From Clostridia bacterium (lineage in GTDB: Bacteria > Bacillota > Clostridia > TANB77 > CAG-508): a stretch of DNA of 64,000 nucleotides. The stretch spans positions 86,448 through 150,447 of the forward strand of contig JAFRCC010000022.1 in assembly GCA_017404545.1 (NCBI GenBank). The letters are read 5' to 3'. The notes below the pieces were generated by a model. It had not been told where the DNA came from, did not search any database, and saw only the letters and a list, made by a program, of their open reading frames with translations. Of the stretch, positions 58,886 to 64,000 are shown in pieces (the first letter of the stretch is position 1; each line of letters opens with the position of its first letter). The position numbers and the translations under genes are program-made.

Positions 58886-59650
58886 TTACATATTTTCTTC
58901 TGCAGCACGTACTACTTTCCAGTAACTAATATTTAACTTCTTTTGAATATCTTTTTTACATATAAATTCTGACTTTAGTAGCAATCTAATCAAGTCATTT
59001 CTCTTATCTTTTTCATTTAAAACTTCCTCTAAACTCATTTTTTTTGATTGGCAAAATTTCATTATATATTCTTCCATTACATAATCCTTGTCGTATTCAA
59101 CGTCAAGAAAATCATTACATACATCAACGGATTCAATTTGAGTGATATCTGTTTTTCCGAAAAAATGCTCTAAAAATGGTGATTCTCTTAAAAATATATT
59201 TCTTGAAAAATTATTATACGAGGAATACTCATAATCACTACATTTTTTTACTATTTTAGCTTTTACGGGATTTTTATGTATATAATTAATACACTGAAAT
59301 AAATATTTCTCATCATATATTGGTTGACTTTTAAATCTATCTCGAAATACAAAGCCTACTCTCTCCATTTTCCAGTTATAAAATTGAGCGAATTCTGTGT
59401 TTATGCATTTCATATATTTAGACATTTGCGCAATGCTTTCTGTATGTATTAATATATGTGTATGGTTAGACATAATACAATAACATATAATATCTAAATC
59501 CACATCATTGATATATTTTTTCATCAAAGCCAAATACTTTCTTTTTAACATATCATTTGCGAAAATCATTTCTTTGTTAATTCCTTGGCACATAACATGA
59601 AAAAAAGATGCATTTAACTCTTCTCTAGAGCGTCTTGACAAATTTTTCAT
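58886..59650 (-). CDS. REP-associated tyrosine transposase (RAYT; IS200/IS605-like HuH Y1 transposase) with a C-terminal extension.
   Basis: FHVMCQGINKEMIF, HuH motif SNHTHILIH and catalytic-Tyr motif YIHKNPV. Confidence 0.65.
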   Translation of the reverse strand: MKNLSRRSREELNASFFHVMCQGINKEMIFANDMLKRKYLALMKKYINDVDLDIICYCIMSNHTHILIHTESIAQMSKYMKCINTEFAQFYNWKMERVGFVFRDRFKSQPIYDEKYLFQCINYIHKNPVKAKIVKKCSDYEYSSYNNFSRNIFLRESPFLEHFFGKTDITQIESVDVCNDFLDVEYDKDYVMEEYIMKFCQSKKMSLEEVLNEKDKRNDLIRLLLKSEFICKKDIQKKLNISYWKVVRAAEENM

Positions 59651-59726
59651 CTCCTTTATTGATAATTTGCCCCCTAGTTTGCTGTTATATACACCTTTTC
59701 CCCTATTGTTTAATTATTGTAAACTT

Positions 59727-59748
59727 TAATTTTTTGCTCCGTCCCTAT
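59727..59748 (-). repeat. REP-like copy (reverse orientation) overlapping the metG stop codon and flanking the upstream side of the RAYT gene.
   Basis: taattttttgctccgtcccta. Minus RNA reads ...AUG CAA AAA UAG GGACGGAGCAAAAAAUU. Confidence 0.7.
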
Positions 59749-61340
59749 TTTTGCATCGAAGCTTTTATAAATTCAATTTCTTCGTCTCTGTCAAGTCTTA
59801 CAAATAATGGCTCTCCTTGAGTAATTACCTTTGTACCTTCCTTGATTACATTATCTACTTTGGCTAAATCCCATGCTTTGTTTTCTGTATCTATGCCAAG
59901 TTGTGATAACATTTTATCTGCTGTTTCTGGCATAAATGGTGCCAATAAGATAGCTACTTTTCTTAGATTTTCTGCTAAGTGGAACATTACAGATTTTAAT
60001 TTTTCTTTATCCGCTTCTTCCTCAGATTTAGCTAATGCCCATGGTGCTGTTTCGTCTATATATTTATTGGTTCTTGCAATAATAGCCCACAATTCAACTA
60101 GAGCATTGCTTACATGATATGTGTCCATTGCTTCCTCTACTTTAACAATTTGTTCCTTTGTAAATTGCTCTAAGCTATCATCAAATTCCGTTCTTGTTGC
60201 AAGGTCTTCTTTAGTTGGAATAACCCCTCCACAATATTTATTCATCATTCCTATTGTTCTATTTAATAAGTTACCTAAATCATTTGCTAAGTCTGAATTA
60301 AATCTATCAACAAAATCCTCTGGTGTAAACATGCTATCCTGTGCAAAACTCATCAGTCTTAATAAGTAATACTTTGTCGCATCTAAGCCATATCTTTTTA
60401 TTAATGTTTCTGGATATACTACGTTACCTACAGATTTAGACATTTTTCCATCTTTCATTACAACCCAGCTATGTGCATAAATTTGTTTTGGTAGCTCTAA
60501 TCCTAAAGCATGTAAGAATATTGGCCAATAAATTCCGTGGAATCTTATAATTTCTTTACCAACAACATGTAAATCAGCTGGCCAGTACTTGTTAAATAAT
60601 GTCTCATCGTCACCTTCATATCCAAGAGCTGTAATATAGTTTGTTAATGCATCTAACCACACATATAAAACGTGATCTGGATCATTTGGAAGTGGAATTC
60701 CCCAGTCAAATGTATTACGGCTTATGCATAAATCCTCTAATCCTGGATCTATAAAGTTTTTGAATATCTCATTCTTTCTCGATTCTGGTACAATAAACTC
60801 TGGATTCTTTGCATAAAATTCTCTTATCCATGGCTCATATTTTTTCATATTAAAGAAGTATGCATCCTCACTCATCTTTTTTACTTCTCTACCACAATCA
60901 GGACATTTTCCATCTACTAATTGTGTTTCTGTAAAATAGTTTTCACAAGGCATACAGTACCAATCTTCGTATTTTCCCTTGTATATATCTCCATTATCTA
61001 AAAACTTTTGAACAATTTTTTGAACTGCTTTGCAGTGATAATCGTCTGTAGTTCTAATAAATTTATCGTAACTTATATCCATCAATTTCCATAATTTTTT
61101 TGCGTCTTCTGCCATTTCATCAACATGCATTTGAGGAGACATGCCTCTTTTTTCCGCCACTGTTTGAATTTTTTGACCGTGTTCATCTAAACCAGTTAGC
61201 ATGAATGTGTCGTAACCTCTTGCTTGTTTGTACCTTTTGATAGCATTTGTAAGAACTTCACAATAAGCTGTACCTATATGAAACTTTCCACTTGGATAGT
61301 ATATAGGTGTTGTTATGTAAAACTTTTTGTTGTTTTCCAT
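59745..61340 (-). CDS. metG: Methionine--tRNA ligase (short form).
   Basis: HIGH motif PSGKFHIGTAY, KMSKS, CPDCG zinc knuckle. Confidence 0.85.
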   Translation of the reverse strand: MENNKKFYITTPIYYPSGKFHIGTAYCEVLTNAIKRYKQARGYDTFMLTGLDEHGQKIQTVAEKRGMSPQMHVDEMAEDAKKLWKLMDISYDKFIRTTDDYHCKAVQKIVQKFLDNGDIYKGKYEDWYCMPCENYFTETQLVDGKCPDCGREVKKMSEDAYFFNMKKYEPWIREFYAKNPEFIVPESRKNEIFKNFIDPGLEDLCISRNTFDWGIPLPNDPDHVLYVWLDALTNYITALGYEGDDETLFNKYWPADLHVVGKEIIRFHGIYWPIFLHALGLELPKQIYAHSWVVMKDGKMSKSVGNVVYPETLIKRYGLDATKYYLLRLMSFAQDSMFTPEDFVDRFNSDLANDLGNLLNRTIGMMNKYCGGVIPTKEDLATRTEFDDSLEQFTKEQIVKVEEAMDTYHVSNALVELWAIIARTNKYIDETAPWALAKSEEEADKEKLKSVMFHLAENLRKVAILLAPFMPETADKMLSQLGIDTENKAWDLAKVDNVIKEGTKVITQGEPLFVRLDRDEEIEFIKASMQK

Positions 61341-61381
61341 ATAAAATCTCCTCCTTCTTTTTATAAATATATAATAATATA

Positions 61382-61436
61382 GACTTTCCGTTTGGAAAGT
61401 CCTTGTTATTATATATTTTTAGTTTTGTTTAGTCAA
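61382..61436 (-). promoter_or_regulatory. Consensus sigma-A promoter for metG (-35 TTGACT 61431-61436, 17-bp spacer, -10 TATAAT 61408-61413), then a 9-bp perfect 5' stem-loop GGACTTTCC-aaac-GGAAAGTC in the short leader.
   Basis: Read directly. The leader (~60 nt) is too short for a T-box. Confidence 0.5.
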
Positions 61437-61481
61437 CATTATATTTGGTGTTTTTAATAAAATTACTTAGATAACCTTGTA

Positions 61482-63752
61482 TTAACGTTCATAATCATCT
61501 TGAGAAACTTCAGCTACAATATTTTGCTTTTTTACTCCTCCATTAACATTTAATGCCCAATTAGGCTCTGCTGGAAGCTCGCATAAATTTTCTGGCATAT
61601 TCTCAAATACAGGAATTTTAAACTCATATGGTGCATCCAAATTAGCACCACTGTATACAACATCTGCCTCGTTATATGCACCTAAGAAGTTTGACATATA
61701 AATTTCCCAACCATTTGCTAAGTCGAATTTCTTAAGATATTTACAATCTCTGCCACCTTCAACAAATTTGCTAATTTCATGCTCTATATATCCGCGTATA
61801 GCAGCCTCAGGACTATCCCATCCTTCTGATCTAGCTCTAATTAACCCACATTCACCTGCAGATTCAATATCAGAATATGCATATGCGTACGCACCAATAT
61901 TTCCATAATTATATAATCCTTCATAACCAGGAATTGTACCACGTCCAGTCATTGCTCCTGGCACATCTCCATTTCCTTGCTCTATTTTTATTGAAGATGC
62001 AGCCTGTAGTGGATTAAAGTTATATTCTATGCAAACATCATATAATAATTCTGCAAATGATTTGTCTAGCGTTACGATATTTTTGTTTGTATCCATATAA
62101 GAAAATTTATCAGCATTTGCCCATTTTACATCGCTAAATACTTTTTTTACATCCTCAAGCGAAACATTTTCAGCTGTTCTTTTTGGCACTTCAAATTGGA
62201 AAATTTGAGCTTCATTTAAAAAATTCCTTGGATCCATCATAGCAGCTGTACATTCTCTTGATGCTTTGTACCATGGTCCAGAATCTATGAAAATTAAAGC
62301 TCCATTTTCATCGTATGAATACCATTCTTTACCCCATCCTGCAGGAACAGATACAGCATTTGCATTATTAGATTTATCCACGCAATTTTGAAAATCTTCT
62401 CCAGTTTTATACATCTTGAAAGACCAGTTTGGATGTTGTTTCTTTAATTTAGATAAATACTCATAATATCCAGGATATTCTTTGAAGGCCTCAAGATCAT
62501 CAGCCACATAATTATCAGCCTCATTTGCAACTAGCTCAGTATTCTCACTACTTTCTACTTCCTCTGTAACATCTTGAGCACTTTCTAATTGTTGCTCATT
62601 ATTTTGTACTGTTTCTATTATTTGAGTTTCAGGCTCTGTACTTTCAGTTTCAGGTTCAATATTTTCTACATATGGAGCATTAGCTCTAATTTGAGTTCCA
62701 GCACATCCTACCTTTGTTATTAAATATTGATTATCTACATAACCATTTCTGTATACTTCTCCATCATAAAATATAGCATGTCGCCAATCATGAGCTTCGT
62801 CCTCTGGAACAACATCTGAATTATCATATGTATAAATTGTATTTCCCTCTTCTTGCTTCGATACTACAGAGCCATATTGAGTTGATGGTTCATATCTAAT
62901 ATTTAACACTGGAGCATTAACCTTTTTTGCTTTAAGCTCTAATAAATCTTCTTGATTATATTCACTGCTCTCCTCGTCATTATATGATACAATATCATCA
63001 TTTTTTATAATTATTTGCTCTTCTTCATTTTCTGGATACGCTAAAAGATTAGCATCAACAAAACCTTCCATTGGCTCCCCATTTTCAGAATAATATATAG
63101 CTCTTTGCCAATTATGACCATTATTATCAGAGTTTTCCACATTTTCGTCACTTGATTGTACATATAAAGTCTCATCCTCTAATACTTTACGAATTATATT
63201 ACTTTCATTTCCTGTTGATGGATAATCTCTAAAATTTATAAATCCAGCTGAATTATTTACTTTCATTCCCTTATATATATTTCTCATGTCTACAGCATGA
63301 TGTATAACTTCCTCTGCTTTAGTTTCGATTGTTGCTCTTTCAGTATCATCCCTTAGAGAATCTTCAACCCCTATGTTAGCGTCTTTAATATTTTCTTTTT
63401 GATTTTTTTGATTTAAACCAATGTTCATAGAAAATCCAACAACACCAGCAATTGCAATTGCAGAAATAAGTGAAGCTAAACTAAATTTCTTTTCTCCAGC
63501 CAATTCCTTTATTTTAGCTATTTCCTTTGCACTAGAAATAATTGAATCTTTAAAATTTTTAGCAAATTCCTTAACTTTTTCCATTTGCTTTTCTTTTACT
63601 ACAGCTGCCTTTTTACCGAATAGTTTTGTTTCACTAGTTCTTGCCCCTTTAAATTTAGCTAACTTTTCTTGTAAGCGAACAAGAAAACTTTCTTGCTTTG
63701 ATGCCTTTTTTATTTCATCATCAATTTTATTATTATCCATAATATCCTCCAT
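61482..63752 (-). CDS. Membrane-anchored cell-wall hydrolase (putative GH73-like N-acetylglucosaminidase C-terminal domain with repeated SH3-like segments).
   Basis: N-terminal TM helix. C-terminal YNYGNIGAYAYAY and conserved Glu region. Functional call is tentative. Confidence 0.45.
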   Translation of the reverse strand: MEDIMDNNKIDDEIKKASKQESFLVRLQEKLAKFKGARTSETKLFGKKAAVVKEKQMEKVKEFAKNFKDSIISSAKEIAKIKELAGEKKFSLASLISAIAIAGVVGFSMNIGLNQKNQKENIKDANIGVEDSLRDDTERATIETKAEEVIHHAVDMRNIYKGMKVNNSAGFINFRDYPSTGNESNIIRKVLEDETLYVQSSDENVENSDNNGHNWQRAIYYSENGEPMEGFVDANLLAYPENEEEQIIIKNDDIVSYNDEESSEYNQEDLLELKAKKVNAPVLNIRYEPSTQYGSVVSKQEEGNTIYTYDNSDVVPEDEAHDWRHAIFYDGEVYRNGYVDNQYLITKVGCAGTQIRANAPYVENIEPETESTEPETQIIETVQNNEQQLESAQDVTEEVESSENTELVANEADNYVADDLEAFKEYPGYYEYLSKLKKQHPNWSFKMYKTGEDFQNCVDKSNNANAVSVPAGWGKEWYSYDENGALIFIDSGPWYKASRECTAAMMDPRNFLNEAQIFQFEVPKRTAENVSLEDVKKVFSDVKWANADKFSYMDTNKNIVTLDKSFAELLYDVCIEYNFNPLQAASSIKIEQGNGDVPGAMTGRGTIPGYEGLYNYGNIGAYAYAYSDIESAGECGLIRARSEGWDSPEAAIRGYIEHEISKFVEGGRDCKYLKKFDLANGWEIYMSNFLGAYNEADVVYSGANLDAPYEFKIPVFENMPENLCELPAEPNWALNVNGGVKKQNIVAEVSQDDYER

Positions 63753-63769
63753 AAATATAATTGCAGTGT

Positions 63770-63846
63770 ATTATATCGCATTTTTATAATTATGTCAACT
63801 CATTGATGATTCATTTTGGGCACCTTATGATTCATTTTGTGCACCC
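63770..63846 (-). promoter_or_regulatory. Perfect consensus sigma-A promoter (-35 TTGACA 63793-63798, 17 bp, -10 TATAAT 63770-63775) preceded by two 20-bp direct repeats ATGATTCATTTTG(G/T)GCACC (63805-63824 and 63827-63846).
   Basis: Read directly. Repeats are spaced 22 bp centre to centre. Confidence 0.55.
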
Positions 63847-63885
63847 CAAATTTAACTCATATTTAGAAAACTACAATAAATTTAT

Positions 63886-64000
63886 TTAGCCAACACCATT
63901 CTCAATTTCTACTACGTATTTATCTTGTGGAATAATTAAGTCATCTCTATTATAATTTCCAATCGGAGTAATAATATGAATTACCGATAATCGTTTAAAT
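63886..64000 (-). CDS. 3' end of a gene running in from beyond the window (…SVIHIITPIGNYNRDDLIIPQDKYVVEIENGVG, stop at 63886-63888).
   Basis: Only one of three minus-strand frames is open across 63889..64000. Not in the ORF track because there is no start. Confidence 0.3.
   Translation of the reverse strand, partial: FKRLSVIHIITPIGNYNRDDLIIPQDKYVVEIENGVG

Noticed and set aside
61341-61481. Possible T-box leader upstream of metG
   Set aside because: The promoter-to-ATG distance is ~60 nt with a single 9-bp hairpin. No specifier loop or T-box sequence.
1-64000. CRISPR arrays
   Set aside because: No regularly spaced direct repeats with unique spacers were seen. The only periodic repeats are the two 41-bp tandem REP units and the 20-bp promoter-proximal direct repeats.

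Overview
This is a very AT-rich (~28% GC) window from a Clostridium-like, spore-forming Firmicute, with almost all genes on the minus strand. Four single genes (2235..3020, 29914..30951, 37141..37815, 56363..57334) are compositionally atypical at roughly 40-45% GC.

The main result is that the spore-coat gene cotJC, the last gene of a cotJA-cotJB-cotJC operon, is split in two. Its 5' part lies at 21593..21787 and its 3' part at 3250..3657. The ~17.9 kb between them (3656..21595) behaves like a skin-like intervening element. It carries a large serine recombinase at its left end that is frameshifted as sequenced. Joining the two flanks at a shared GA dinucleotide restores the canonical Mn-catalase/CotJC motif 'DIGTEELAHLEM' in frame. 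The reconstructed attP has TTTTGG-N7-GA-N7-CCAAAA symmetry.

The element's cargo includes:
- an ABC transporter
- an AbrB-like regulator
- a decayed AbiEi/AbiEii pair and a tyrosine-integrase remnant
- an Hsp20 gene with a CIRCE operator
- eight GNAT acetyltransferases, two SAM methyltransferases, a LysE exporter, a nucleoside phosphorylase-like protein and HD hydrolases
- a 669-aa HExxH metallopeptidase fused to an alpha/beta-hydrolase

The second system (29914..34922) is a conserved-looking but uncharacterised cluster. It contains two DUF4178 proteins, a membrane protein with a Ser/Tyr/Arg-rich tail, two DUF350 proteins, a membrane-anchored spermidine-synthase-like protein, a small pyruvoyl AdoMetDC-like protein and a GC-atypical radical SAM enzyme.

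The third system is a family of REP-like repeats with core GGGGACGGAGCAAAAAATT, at least nine copies in both orientations. They are placed between the cistrons of an unusual pyr operon (pyrC-pyrK-pyrD-DUF1653-pyrF-pyrE-pyrB with a fused PyrI zinc domain). One copy encodes the PyrC C-terminus and others abut stop codons or ribosome-binding sites. Two copies in inverted orientation flank a REP-associated HuH tyrosine transposase (RAYT) gene, a REPIN/RAYT-like arrangement.

Other content:
- sporulation genes (spoVAEB, cotJ) and a lipid/glycosyltransferase cluster
- P-type ATPases (heavy metal, MgtA), tcdA, malQ, MscS and a PAP2 phosphatase
- a Qnr-like pentapeptide protein and metG
- a GH73-like cell-wall hydrolase with a consensus promoter preceded by direct repeats

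The ORF track omits two edge-truncated genes, at 1..573 and 63886..64000, both on the minus strand.
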